From the NCBI GenBank assembly GCA_977020255.1, contig CDROCS010006636.1:1-64000 (forward strand): 64,000 nucleotides of DNA, written 5' to 3'. The notes beneath the pieces were generated by a model. That model was given only the letters and a program-made list of their open reading frames with translations. It did not search any database and was not told the origin of the DNA. The position numbers and the translations under genes are program-made. Below are positions 17,900-29,999 of this stretch, one piece after another; position 1 is the first letter of the stretch; each line of letters starts with the position of its first letter. The stretch comes from Obrimoposthia wandeli. Lineage: Eukaryota.

Positions 17900-18942
17900 C
17901 TACCACTTCAGCCCTAACATCATGTTAATTTAAGCTACTCATCCCTAAAAGTTTAAGATATCGCCTTTTGTAAGAAGTTTCTGGATCATGAGCCATCGCT
18001 GCCGTTACCGGCAAAGAAACTGTACCCATATTGCCAAGTAGCTTAAACGTTGGAAATTTTTTTCAGGGTTAATGCATAAGGCGGTTAGCACTTTTCTTTG
18101 ATTCGCGGCGCCCACTTGATGGCAACAACTTATCAACGTTTTCTTCAACTTCATTGACGTTGTTCTAAAAATGTCTCTGTATCTTTCGCTAACGAGACAC
18201 CCTCTTTAAGTAAACTTACAGCGTCAGTACGCATAAATTCACGGAACAATTGTGGACCGACTTCTTTTAAGCCCCATTGACACAGATTATTATGCTCGGG
18301 TGCCGATAAGTGACTGGCTCCTAATAATTGATGATTACGGTCAGTATCTAGATTTAAACTACCATCGGTAAGTAACACTGCAACAGCACCTGAACCACCC
18401 GTTAGGGTCGCTAAAGAGCGAGCATAATTTTGCATTGTAGGGTCGGCGTTAGCTGTCATCACGAGCAGATCAGCCATTGCGACGCTGATTCACAATGAAA
18501 CAACAAGACCCGCTTTAATTTGTCCAAGTTCAATACGATTCGCAATATCTAAAATACCTGATAGCACGCCTAAACAGGCATTACTGATATCGTAAATTGC
18601 CGTGTCTTTTAACACGCCAAGCTTAGCGGCTATACGACAGGCAGTAGCTGGCTCGTGCTGATCACGACATACACCGGTGTAAACAACTGCGCCTATATCA
18701 GCCGCAGCAATACCTGTTTCGTTCATTGCTTTTTGAGCCGCAACAATAGCGCCATCTGAAAGAATATGATCTGTTGGCCACCAACGGCGTTCCTCGATCC
18801 CAGTTAACGCAGTGAGTTGCCCCATTGGAATACGAAACTTTTGATATAACGGGGTCAAACGAGATTCAAGCTCTGCACTGGTTACCACTTCAGGGGCCAG
18901 TTCATACGCTAAGCTATTAATAAAGACGCGGGAATATTTCAT
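17900..18942 (-). pseudogene. oleA: OleA thiolase-type acyl-CoA condensing enzyme, frameshifted
   Basis: [31 protein letters not shown]-like, C-terminal MMLGLKW*. Confidence 0.88.
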
Positions 18943-19200
18943 TTATGTGACTGTTGCTTATTATGTCTAGGTTATCTGTAGCAATACAATTTTAAATCCA
19001 TCGATGTATTGAGGAAACATGCGAACTAAGTAACCAATGTTAATTATTTATGACTCTGGGGCGCCATTTGAGCAAGAATATGCCAAGGATTCAACCAAAA
19101 ACATGATTTATCGATGATCTACGCGAAATTAGGGTAAATTAATTGAAGTTATCGTAAGTTAACCATAATTAGGCTATGTCATGATAATAAATTAACTAAC

Positions 19201-19223
19201 TAGGCACTCATAATAAGAGCCTA
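19201..19223 (-). terminator. probable intrinsic terminator after the TSP3-repeat gene
   Basis: TAGGC(A)CTC-ATAATAA-GAGCCTA hairpin. Confidence 0.5.
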
Positions 19224-19281
19224 TCCCCGTTACCAATCAAGATGCATGTTTCAGAGTGCACTTTGAATGGCAACGGGTATA
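19222..19281. mobile_element. 60-bp mini ERIC-like element (termini only)
   Basis: TATCCCCGTTACCAATCAAGATGCA...TGCACTTTGAATGGCAACGGGTATA. Confidence 0.8.
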
Positions 19282-19334
19282 AATAATTCAAGATAAACAT
19301 TGCTGCTTAGTTCACGTTTTAGCTTTCTGTTTAG

Positions 19335-22300
19335 CTACTCTTTAGCTAAGTATTTTGGTCGCTGTAATCTCGATATAAATAATGAAAATAAAGCGAACAA
19401 AGTAAAGAAGGCGAAACTACCACTGCTTGATTTTTCAGGGGTCACTTCAAGTGAAATAGTATTGTTGTCAACCACGGCTATGCCGCCAGGATCATCAATC
19501 ACACCATTAGCAATGCCATCTGCATCATTGGCGCCACCATCTTCAATAAATAACTTTAAACAAGTATCTCCAACATTAAGGCCAGCTTGATAAAGCTCAC
19601 TATGTGGTGGCGGACAAACACCATTAACAGCCTTACTGGTGGCAATTACGTTATTACTGTCTTCAGCAAAATCTGCCCATTGCTGTTCAGCGTTTACCTT
19701 ACGATAAACAGAGTATTCAACGATAGCAGCTGATAGGGGCAAAACAATGGCAACTGAGCGACCAAAAGGAGCTATGTTGTGTATTTCCAAAATCAAAATA
19801 GCCCATTGTATTCGTTAAACTATCTTGTTCAACTAAACCTGTAGCCAAAATTTCTTGTTGCGAAAGCTCTATACCATCAGAGCTTTGCAGCAGCGCAAAC
19901 TTACCCAGTTTTAATTGCAAGCCTGGCTCAGTTTCCGCTAACTTCACTAATGCCGCATTAATATGTAATGGCTGTAAGTATGGAATTGTTGAATTATCCA
20001 TGTAAGCGGGCAATCCGTCTGAGTCTGCATCGCTAAAGCCTTCAACCAAATCACTAATGCCGTCTCTATCACTATCTAAACCACGTAATGTTCGTTGAGT
20101 CGCCAATAAAGCTAGGTAAACCTGCTTAGTTTGTGACAGCTCTTCTGTACCGCTATTGGTGGTATTACCGCTATCAGTCACTGTGACGCTAAGATTAATA
20201 AGGCCTTTATTCTCTTCAGGTAGATTCAAACCATCGACGGGGAAGACAAGTTGTAATTTATCCGTTGAAAGCACAGCACTTAAGTAGTCAGGAATTTGCC
20301 AATCAATTTGATGGGTATCTTGAACATTAGAGTCTTTAATCCTTAAAACGACTGTCACTTCACCATCATTGATAGCAATGCTAGGCACTTGTATACCTTT
20401 TTGCCAGATTGCTAGGTCGATATTTGGCGCAACATTATCTTCTGTAATCGTAATGATATGTTTCGCATGAACGCCAGCATTTACACCTTGTTCAAGACTA
20501 ACAATCAGCTGCTCATCACCTTCTAGTTGAAAATCACTATTAATATTAATATCGATAAAGCCTGCAGTACCCTGCGTTATTACGATCTTGTTATCTGCAA
20601 TATTATAATCCGCATTATCGACACCACCTGTGATTGTTAGTGGCAAGGTCACTGGATAAGCAGGCGCTTCACCAGATAACACCACTTCTACTCGGGCAAC
20701 GCCACCTTCAGCAACAATTTGTGCCGATGCAAAGTTCACTAACGGATGAATGTTTAATACTTGTGATACGTTGGCAATATTACCGGCGTTATCTACTGCT
20801 CGCCATAATATTGGGATCAAACCAGAGCTAACATTTTTAGCACCTGTTTCAAAACCTAATGCAGTTAAACCACAGCAGTTTCTGCCATCGAGACCATCAC
20901 GTACTGTAATATTGGTTAAGTCGATTAACCGCTGTAAATCTAATAAAGTAAACGTATGATTGGCATTTATATGCACAGCTTGTGGCGGCGTAATAATTGG
21001 CGCGTAATCATCCCGCAATGGGTGACTGCCCGCTAAAGCTTCTGCTACGTTGGTAACACCATCAAAGTCGGTATCTAAAAGTCCATCATCACCATTAAGT
21101 GGGTCAAAGTTATGCAATAGTTCAAATGCATCACTCATACCATCACCGTCATCATCTAAATCCGCGTTATTACCAATTAAATCGCCGTCAGTGTCAAACT
21201 GTTCACTAGCATCTAGTGGCAGCTGGTCTTGAAAGTCTGATACACCATCATTATCATCATCACTGTCAAAAACATTACCTAAACCATCACCATCAGTATC
21301 AAACGCTTCAACTGGGTTATTAGGAAATGCATCGTCTATATCTCTGATGCCATCATTATCATCATCACTATCGCTGTTATCTCCTAAGCCATCATTATCT
21401 GCATCAAGCCATTCTGTTGCATCCAGAGGGAATAAATCGATACTATCGAGACGACCATCGCCATCATCATCGGTATCGGCATTATTACCTGTGCCATCTC
21501 GGTCAGTATCAAACCATTCTAGCGGATCATCATCGAAAGCATCTATCGCATCAGAAAAACCATCATTATCATCATCACTGTCCGCATTATCGCCAACGCC
21601 ATCACCATCGTTATCGTATTGTTCGTTGGCATTTAGCGGATAAATATCATTGCCATCTAAAACGCCATCACCATCATCGTCTGTATCAGCATTATTGCCC
21701 GTTAAATCGCTATCCGTATCAAGCCATTCAGCAGGGTTAAGAGGGAATGCATCGACACTATCAGGGTAACCATCGCCAGCTAGTGTGACATTATGAGTAT
21801 CATCATCAGAGTCGCTATTGTTACCTATACCGTCACCATCTGAATCAACTGATTCTAGTGAATCAAATGGGAAATCATCTAGCCCATCAAGTACACCATC
21901 ATTATCATCATCTAGATCAGCATTGTTCCCCGTACCGTCACCATCAGTATCACGGTCTTCCAGCAAATTAATTGGAAAGGCATCTGCAATATCAGTAATA
22001 CCATCATCATCATCATCACTATCGGCAATATTATTTCCTAAACCGTCGCCGTCAGTATCTAACCATTCTGCAGGATCAAGTGGAAAGGCATCTGTGGCAT
22101 CAGGTATACCGTCACCAATAAGTGTAACGTTATGGGTATCATCATCTGTATCAGCATTATTGCCGATGCCATCACCGTCAGTATCTATATACTCACCAGC
22201 ATCAAAATCAAAGTCATCATTAGCATTAGTAATACCATCGCCGTCTATATCGGCATCGCTGTTATCACCTAAACCATCACCATCTAAATCAAATTTCTCA

Positions 22301-23391
22301 GTCGAGTCTAAAGGAAAAGCATCTGTAGCATCTAGCTCACCATCACCATCAGCATCAGTGTCAGGTCCATCACAAGTCCCGTCATTATCGGTATCTAAAC
22401 GCTCAAGAGGATCTAATGGACATTTATCAGTACCATCTTGTACACCATCACCATCATCGTCATCATCGGCATTATTACCTATACCATCATTGTCCGTATC
22501 TAATGTTTCTAATGGATCAAGTGGCATATCATCATCAACATCAAGAACACCATCATTATCATCATCGGTATCGGCATTATTACCTATCATATCCCCATCG
22601 GTGTCATACCATTCACTATTGTCATAACGAAAAATATCAAGGGTATTTACAATGCCATCACCATCAATATCTGGATCTTGTGCATTACCAATACCATCTG
22701 CATCCAAATCAGCATTGACATTAAAATCTAAAGGAAAAGCATCACTGCCGTCATTGACACCATCCCCATCATCATCTATATCAGCATTATTACCAATGCC
22801 ATCAAGATCGGTATCGATAGTTTCAAGGGGGTCAAGTGGGAATTGGTCATAAACATCAAGAACACCGTCAGCATCATCATCACTATCGGCATTATTACCT
22901 ACACCATCATTGTCAGAATCTAAGCTTTCTTGACTGTTAAGCGGGAATACATCAAGTAAATCAGGCGTACCATCATTATCATCATCGGTATCAGTATTGT
23001 TACCTATAGTGTCATTATCGGTATCAAGCCATTCACTGGGATCTTTAGGCAGGGGGTCATGAATATTGATAGCTAAGTCGCCATCATCGTTATTATCATC
23101 GCCACCATCTAAACCATTGAGTAGGCCATCGCCATCAATATCGGGATCACTGTTATTACCTTGGCCATCGAGATCAGTGTCAATCCATTCAAGTGGATCG
23201 CTAGGGAATAAATCAACAGCATCGTCATAGCCATCAAGATCAGTATCTACGGCAAAAGCACTGGTACTAATGACCAGTGTAAGTATGCTTAAGAATTTAA
23301 AGCTACGTATTTTATACTTCAACACACGTTTCTCCACGGAGAGTATTATCTGGAATTGAAACCAGATATTTATGTCAAATAACTTTAGCAA
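19335..23391 (-). CDS. large secreted Ca-binding TSP3-repeat surface protein with GlyGly-CTERM-like anchor; one +1 frameshift near 19789
   Basis: Signal peptide …STSAFA; ~20 units of 35 aa DxDxDGxGNNADxDDDxDG..D.FP.D..E; GGANDADGIANGVIDDPGG; tail SSSGS + TM + basic residues; frames rejoin as GYFDF/EIHNIAPFG. Confidence 0.85.
21030..23245 (-). repeat. ~105-bp coding tandem repeat (~20 units)
   Basis: Units counted in the translation; two carry a 7-aa THNVTL(I/A) insertion. Confidence 0.9.
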
Positions 23392-23514
23392 AGCTATAAG
23401 GCATAAAGGGATAGAATAAGTTTAACTGCAACAATCCGTTTACAGGTTTTCTTTTATGTCTTGCCAATGTACATCTAACTTCGAATACTAGCAAGTTACT
23501 GAATCCCTGTAACG

Positions 23515-24121
23515 TTAGTAGCCAACTTGACGACCAAAGCGATAATTAAAGCCGATAAATACGGTGCTGATACTGCCAAAATCAGAATGGAATATTAGTG
23601 TTGAAACTTATAAGTGCAATAGAGTTTTTGGTGAAGCTTTTTGTAAAGAAATAGACATAATAGATTTAATATCACCTTGCTCTGCAAAGTAAACATCATC
23701 TAAATTAAGATCCGGATCAGGAATTAGTTTATTTTCACTGAGGTTAATAGATGCGCCCAATTGAAATTCAAGCATAAGGCTACTGATAAATTTATCATAA
23801 GATTTAGGGTAATAACGATAAGCTAAAGATAAGTCTATTGTTTGGAGAGTAAAATCGAAACCTGCTTTATCCCACACTTCACTTGTTTCATCCAAGTCGC
23901 TAATCGCTACATTTTCAAGGCGATTATAACTGAACCCGCCGCAATTTGGAACGCTTTTTTGACGAAGAACTCATCACCTACGAAAGCATATGAACAAAGC
24001 TTTTATCTTGATCAACTTTATGCAGTTGTACTGAGCTTTCTAATGCATGACTTTTACTTGTCAAAATAACAATAAAAAGACATAACACTTGAGCAATATA
24101 CGGAAGTTTTTTCGAGGTCAC
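23515..24121 (-). pseudogene. small outer-membrane beta-barrel protein, frameshifted
   Basis: GTG start, signal peptide MTSKKLPYIAQVLCLFIVILTSKSHA; beta-strands LSLAYRYY, LEFQLGASINL; C-terminus STVFIGFNYRFGRQVGY*. Confidence 0.6.
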
Positions 24122-24366
24122 TATTTTACACTCCTGCCAACATTTTGTCGGTTTTAAGGAACTACTGATAAATAGAGTTAAGCAATTATCGCACCAAATT
24201 AATTCAGACTTATTTAATAACTACAGTGTCAACGATGTTATCTAGTGATTGGGAGTAAAGGTAAAGAAGGTTTGGATTGGGACTAGTACAGATAATGGCG
24301 ATAAATTGACGGATAAACTTTCATTTATTAGAACCAGTTTGCTTTATCTAGACAAACAAGCCTGAC

Positions 24367-24421
24367 TATACCTGTTCCACTTCAAGATGCCTGCTCAGGA
24401 TTTTGAAGTGGAACGGCTATA
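24367..24421. mobile_element. 55-bp mini ERIC-like element
   Basis: TATACCTGTTCCACTTCAAGAT...ATTTTGAAGTGGAACGGCTATA. Confidence 0.75.
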
Positions 24422-24427
24422 AATGAC

Positions 24428-25970
24428 TTAACGCCCTAGCACTAATCCTTCTCTGCGTGGATCAGCACCGCCAACAAGGCCATCTTTAATAACTTCAATC
24501 GCATGTAAGCCACTATTCAACGCTCGAACGCTAACTTTATGCCCTCTAGCTTCAAGAGCAGGTTTGAGTTTAACAACATCGGTATCTAGCTCTAAGGTAG
24601 TAACATAGTTTCGATTAGTTACTTTAGGCAAGTTAATAGCCTGTTGCACATTAAGTTGCCAATCTAAAACACCTATAATTGTTTGCGCAACATAATTAAT
24701 AATACGACTACCACCGGGTGCACCAACAATCAAACGTAATGAATTATCTTCATTAAATACCATCATGGGTGCCATAGAGCTGCGTGGTCTCTTCAACGGC
24801 TCTACTCGATTAGCTACCCATTTTCCATCACGCTTTGGCGCCAGTGAAAAATCAGTTAACTGATTATTTAAAATAAAACCCTGCACCATTAACGCTGAGC
24901 CAAAACCATTTTCAATACTACTGGTCATTGATATGGCATTACCTTGTTTATCAACAACCACCAAATGGGTGGTTGATGGTCTTTCAATAGCGTTATCATT
25001 GCCTAACACTAAACTATCTTGAGGATTGCCTGCCATTGCCTGCCCCATATCTCTTTTTTCATTAATTAAAGTGGCACGTTTAGCGATGTAATCTTCGGCT
25101 AATAAACCTTTAACGGGTACGCTGACAAAATCGCTATCGGCAATGTATTTATTTCTATCAGCGAAGGCTAATCGTGAGCTCTGTGTTAACAGGTGTATCG
25201 CAAAAGAATTGGTGTATTGATGTCTCTGAAATGACGAGAAGTTGAGCTTAAAATCTGAAGTATTGATAATAATTAAGTGCCATGCCACACACTTTATATT
25301 GATGGTAAGGCCCGCAAACAGAAGCTCGCTCTATCGCCTGATATTTTTTCATATCATCGAGACTTAACAACCCCGGTGAAATGGCTGAATTTTGCACCTT
25401 TTCAACTATTTTTTTCGCTATCCAACCTTGATAGAAAACGTCTACTCCTTCGTTAGCAATACTACGAAATGCTTTAGCAAGCTTAGGGTTTTTTAAGGTA
25501 TCTCCTGCTGTTATACCGATACCATTTGCGAAAAATACCCAATCAAATATGAATGCCCCGGATTGAAACCCATACCCAGTAACTTTTCTAAACGCGGCGA
25601 TATAATAAAGCCGTTTTCAGCTAACCCAACCGCAGGCTGAACAAATACACCAATTGTTCATGCGCTTGGCTGCACCAACAGATTTACCACCCACAACGGC
25701 ATCAGACCAGCTAAGTGGCTTGCCATTTTCATCTAAAAACAACTCGTTTTGTCGCATTTTAGGCAGTCATATCGTCATAAGTAGTTAGCTTTTTGGTCTT
25801 TATTATGCCAATGCAGCATAAAAGTACCACCTCACTAAGACCTGAGGATTGCGGTTCAACTAAGTTAAGTACGAGTTGAGCTGCATTGATTTCAATGCTC
25901 GACCTGTCAAAAAAGATATTTAAATAAATGCGAGTGTAGAAAGTCGTAATAAAAATGAATGATGAATCAT
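24428..25970 (-). pseudogene. ggt: gamma-glutamyltransferase; 5' half frameshifted and internally deleted
   Basis: Intact 3' part STTHLVVVD, GFILNNQLTDFS, KRPRSSMAP, GAPGGSRII; 5' remnants QLVLNLVEPQSSG, AVVGGKSVG; ATG overlaps the upstream TGA at 25970. Confidence 0.85.
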
Positions 25971-26700
25971 CAAGTTTCCTTAAGGGATTTGTTCGCAGGT
26001 CTAAAAGATAATTGGAACTGGTTAAATTGTTTAAATTTTTCAAGTAGCGGCTGGTATTTTCCCGCATGTTCAGGCGTAATCGGCACAGAATCATTACCCT
26101 GCTCTGCTGAGTCATAAATCTGTTCAATACTCTGCTCCAAAAGGGCTAAAGCATAACAGCTTGCTTCTAAACTAGATAAGGCATTTTTTTTCGCTACTTT
26201 TCTAATAAGATATTGCCCCGTATTCGCTACATAATCAGGTAGGCATACTTGCGGTAATTGTTGAAGTTTTGTTGATAGCATAAACATGCGGTAAGCTTTT
26301 TTCCACGTACCATCAAGAATAAGTAAACAAAGAGGTTTGGCTTCAGTATTAGTATTGGATTTAGCATTGGTCTCTATATTTTCATTACTTTGATCATGAT
26401 TAGTCAATTTCATTACTAAGTTTTGATCAAGAGTTTGTGCTTGCTCACCAGGATAAAGTAAAACGAGCTGGTACTGCTCCATCATTTGTAAGAAAGAAGC
26501 TTCAATGCAAAACCTCACTGAATCATTAACTCAAAAGATTTCAATGATTTTGCTAATAACGCAACTGTCCCTTTTGTTTGTGATACTTCACTAGGATGCT
26601 GTAGTACCACAAGATGAATATCATTCTCGATATCTGCAATAAAAGTACAAATACAAGCTTTTGGGGGCCGTTGACAACAAGGGCAAAGTGTTCGAGACAT
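25970..26700 (-). pseudogene. DTW-domain tRNA-uridine aminocarboxypropyltransferase-like protein, split near 26518
   Basis: CxxCxRPxxxCIC, LQHPSE, LDGTWKKA, LSSLEA motifs in two frames. Confidence 0.85.
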
Positions 26701-26790
26701 AGAGTAGTAAAATAAAGCGCAATTAATTAGGCAGTCATTGTATACTTTATCACTCTTTTATAAATCACTAACTGATAACTTTTAACTATT

Positions 26791-27054
26791 TATACCCGTT
26801 ACCATTCAGAGTGCAGGTTTTCAGTGGGAATTTAAATAGCTTTAGGCAAGAAGAATAATTTAAGCATAGTCATTCTATGCTTTGATGATTTGACGCCGTA
26901 TAAAGTCATTTTAAACCCATCGAAGAAGCGCTTGAGCAACATCACTTCATCGTTGCTTTGACTTATAAGGGAATAACCATTACTTCATCACAGTGCCTTG
27001 AATTGAAATTGCTCAAGCACTCTGAAACCTGCATCTTGATTGATAACGGGTATA
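26791..27054. mobile_element. 264-bp cloverleaf MITE, family 1 (ERIC-like termini)
   Basis: TIR TATACCCGTTA(C/T)CA...; arms GGG..TTTAAA/TTTAAACCC and GCTTGAGCAA/TTGCTCAAGC. Confidence 0.85.
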
Positions 27055-27079
27055 CATTCAATGACTAACAATTAAGCGC

Positions 27080-27700
27080 ATGACACTAACATTTAAAAAC
27101 CTTCCACTGAAAAAACAACACAGCATGGTCGTTACAATCGTCGCTATGCTCGCTATTCTCGCCTATTTTTTCAATGATGCTATAAGTGGGCTTTTCGTTT
27201 ATCAATACCAATTAATTAGCCAAGGTGAATTATGGCGTACTTTCACCGGACACTTTTTTCACACCAACGGAATTCATTTATTATTAAATTTAGCTGCATT
27301 AGCTCTTCTGTGGGCTTTACATGGCCATTTTTATAATTTTAAAAGCTACAGTTTACTCTTTATCACATCGGCTTTAATTTGCAGTGCCGGACTGTATTTT
27401 TTCTCTCCTGAAATTCGTCAATATGTTGGACTTTCAGGTGTTTTACACGGAATTTTCGTTTTTGGCGCCATCATGGACATTCGACATAAAGATAAAACTG
27501 GCTACTTATTATTTGTCGGAGTATGGCTAAAAATAGCACATGAACAATTTTACGGAGCAAGCGAGCAAGTATCGACATTAATTAATGCTAATGTAGCGAT
27601 CGATGCGCATTTATGGGGAGCTGTAGGTGGATTACTCTTTAGCTGTTGTTATGTGGTGGTAACTAAAGAGAAAATTTCATCAAATAATAATGAACATTAA
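27080..27700 (+). CDS. rrtA: rhombosortase (rhomboid protease of GlyGly-CTERM proteins)
   Basis: GELWRTFTGHFFH, HLLLN, YVGLSGVLHG (catalytic Ser), AHLWG (catalytic His). Confidence 0.9.
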   Translation: MTLTFKNLPLKKQHSMVVTIVAMLAILAYFFNDAISGLFVYQYQLISQGELWRTFTGHFFHTNGIHLLLNLAALALLWALHGHFYNFKSYSLLFITSALICSAGLYFFSPEIRQYVGLSGVLHGIFVFGAIMDIRHKDKTGYLLFVGVWLKIAHEQFYGASEQVSTLINANVAIDAHLWGAVGGLLFSCCYVVVTKEKISSNNNEH

Positions 27701-27706
27701 AAAACG

Positions 27707-27745
27707 AAAAAAAAGACCAAAAGTATAAACCCTTAGTCTTTTTTT
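27707..27745. terminator. bidirectional terminator between rhombosortase and galE
   Basis: AAAAAAAGAC...GTCTTTTTTT between convergent genes. Confidence 0.6.
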
Positions 27746-27784
27746 GCTTTTTATATCAGTCAGTACTTTAACTTTGATTAGTAT

Positions 27785-28807
27785 TTAAAAACCATTCGGG
27801 TTTTCAGACTGCCAACGCCAAGTATCTTGGATCATGGCAGTTAAATCGAGCTTAGCTTGCCAATCTAATAGTTCATTCGCTAAAGATGCATCAGCGTACA
27901 CAGTAGCTAAATCTCCAGCTCTGCGTGGCACTACTTGATAAGGGATATCTTGTTTACTAATGTCTTTAAAGGTATTAACTATCTCTAGTACCGATGTACC
28001 GTTACCGGTACCTAAGTTAATTGCCTGACAACCTTTAACGGTGCCTTTAGCATGACCTAGACTTTCTAACGCTTTTACATGGCCTTGTGCTAAGTCAACC
28101 ACATGAATATAGTCACGTACACCGGTGCCATCTTGCGTATCATAATCATCGCCAAAAACTTGTAACTGCGCTAAACGCCCTACTGCCACCTGCGCTACGT
28201 AAGGCAATAAATTATTAGGAATGCCGTTAGGGTTTTCACCGATCAACCCAGATTGGTGTGCGCCAATAGGATTAAAGTAGCGTAAACAAGCAATAGACCA
28301 AGAGGCATCACTTTTGGCTAAATCAAATAGAACATGTTCAACCATCAGCTTGGTTTGACCATAAGGGTTAGTTGCTGAAGTAGCCATGGTTTCGTTTAAT
28401 GGTGAAACGTTATTCCCATAAACAGTGGCTGAAGAGCTAAAAACTAAATTCTTTACCTGATGTTTTTCCATGACTCGCAATAACGTAATCGTACCTGAAA
28501 CATTATTTTGATAATACGCTAATGGAATTTCAGTAGACTCACCAACCGCTTTTAGTCCAGCAAAGTGAATTACCGCTTCTATCTTATGCTGATTAAACAC
28601 TTGGTCTAAGGCATCTGCATCACAAACATCCGCTTTAATAAAGGTAACGGTTTTATTGGTGATTTTTTCAATACGTTCAAGTACTTTAGTTGACGAGTTC
28701 GATAAATTATCAACTATAACAATTTCTTGCTCATTGGTACTTTGTAGTAACTCAACAACAGTATGACTACCAATATAGCCTGTACCGCCTGTGATTAATA
28801 AACTCAT
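27785..28807 (-). CDS. galE: UDP-glucose 4-epimerase
   Basis: TGGTGYIGSH, FSSSATVYG, YGQTK, LRYFNPIGAH. Confidence 0.97.
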   Translation of the reverse strand: MSLLITGGTGYIGSHTVVELLQSTNEQEIVIVDNLSNSSTKVLERIEKITNKTVTFIKADVCDADALDQVFNQHKIEAVIHFAGLKAVGESTEIPLAYYQNNVSGTITLLRVMEKHQVKNLVFSSSATVYGNNVSPLNETMATSATNPYGQTKLMVEHVLFDLAKSDASWSIACLRYFNPIGAHQSGLIGENPNGIPNNLLPYVAQVAVGRLAQLQVFGDDYDTQDGTGVRDYIHVVDLAQGHVKALESLGHAKGTVKGCQAINLGTGNGTSVLEIVNTFKDISKQDIPYQVVPRRAGDLATVYADASLANELLDWQAKLDLTAMIQDTWRWQSENPNGF

Positions 28808-28971
28808 TGCATCCCTACTCTTTTCGTTAACTGACTGAAATAGCTCGTTGAATTAATTTGTTGAAATTAAGTAAAACAGTTCAACTTGATACTAACTATT
28901 TTAGCGCTTAGTTTTTGACTTTGATACTAATTTCTATTTTTGATGGTAGGTTCTAACGTTACAATTTTTTT

Positions 28972-29970
28972 CTAATGTCGATAATAGCTTTCAACCTGCT
29001 TTATAAATTCAACTAATCTACCCTTGGGCAAAGCATTAACGCCTGCTGCAGCTGCTCTGCCACCGCCTGTTGGAAACTGAGCACAGATATCACCAGCACC
29101 CTGTTTATTATTTAACGGTGCCCGTAAACTTAAGGTATAACTTTGCTCATTTTGAATTTTATTTTTCGATTGTAGATCAACTTCAATTGGATTTAGCGTA
29201 ATCACAATGTGGGCTTTATCTGGTGCTTGATTGGCTAGGTCATTACCAAAAACACCGCTGACTCGACGAGACCACGCTGCATCTTCAAGCACTATCGTTT
29301 TGACAATGTCATTATCACTCAAAACATCTGCGGTGCGCGCTTTAGCCATATCAGCTAAATAAGCAGCTTTGAGTTGACTAAAAATAGAGTTTTCTTGATT
29401 AATTAATACGAAAGGGTCGGGATACTCAAGTAATGACTGGTATAGCGCTGCGGGATGAAAGTGTAAGTCACTTAACTCCTGCCCATAACCATTATAATTA
29501 ATATAAGTACCTAACTCATTGAGTTGATCTTTCTGCCGTTCTGATAAACCAACTTTCTGCGCTAAATCGCTAGCACTGGCATGCATATTATCGCCAAAAG
29601 CTGCGGCAATGGCCCAATAGCTATATTGACCTTTTAACAAATCATTAACTAACAAACTGGTACAAGTATTTGCATCAGTATTAAGTAATGTCGTTAGTTT
29701 ATTTGATTTGGGAATATCACCCGTTCTATGGTGATCAACATAAAACACATCAACTTGATTATTGATTAGTGCTTGGAGCGCTTGATTATTCTTTTCTAAA
29801 GAGATGTCTAACACAGTTACCGCTGTTGCTTTATTTACATCAACTTGTTTTAGCAGGCCAATATCACGCTTAACGCCCGTAATTAACAACGAATCTTTAG
29901 GCGTGGCTAAGCGTAACTGGAGTAAGGCAATAATGCCGTCTGCATCGCCATTAAACACATCATAATGCAT
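28972..29970 (-). CDS. DHH/DHHA1 family phosphoesterase
   Basis: NGDADG, LDIS, YVDHH, FGDN, GGGRAAAAG motifs. Confidence 0.88.
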   Translation of the reverse strand: MHYDVFNGDADGIIALLQLRLATPKDSLLITGVKRDIGLLKQVDVNKATAVTVLDISLEKNNQALQALINNQVDVFYVDHHRTGDIPKSNKLTTLLNTDANTCTSLLVNDLLKGQYSYWAIAAAFGDNMHASASDLAQKVGLSERQKDQLNELGTYINYNGYGQELSDLHFHPAALYQSLLEYPDPFVLINQENSIFSQLKAAYLADMAKARTADVLSDNDIVKTIVLEDAAWSRRVSGVFGNDLANQAPDKAHIVITLNPIEVDLQSKNKIQNEQSYTLSLRAPLNNKQGAGDICAQFPTGGGRAAAAGVNALPKGRLVEFIKQVESYYRH

Positions 29971-29999
29971 GATAAAATATCCCTGACTTTTTCAGATTA

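Noticed and set aside
20634-22852. Plus-strand Ser/Pro-rich and His-rich ORFs (e.g. 21818-22627, 21417-21740, 22416-22718)
   Set aside because: Antisense shadows of the GAT/GAC-rich Asp repeats on the minus strand
19335-23391. Ice-binding or ice-nucleation protein
   Set aside because: Repeats are acidic Ca-binding type, not TxT/InaZ or DUF3494 beta-solenoid
25759-26127. 122-aa ORF as an independent gene
   Set aside because: Chimeric frame spanning the DTW 3' end and corrupted ggt sequence
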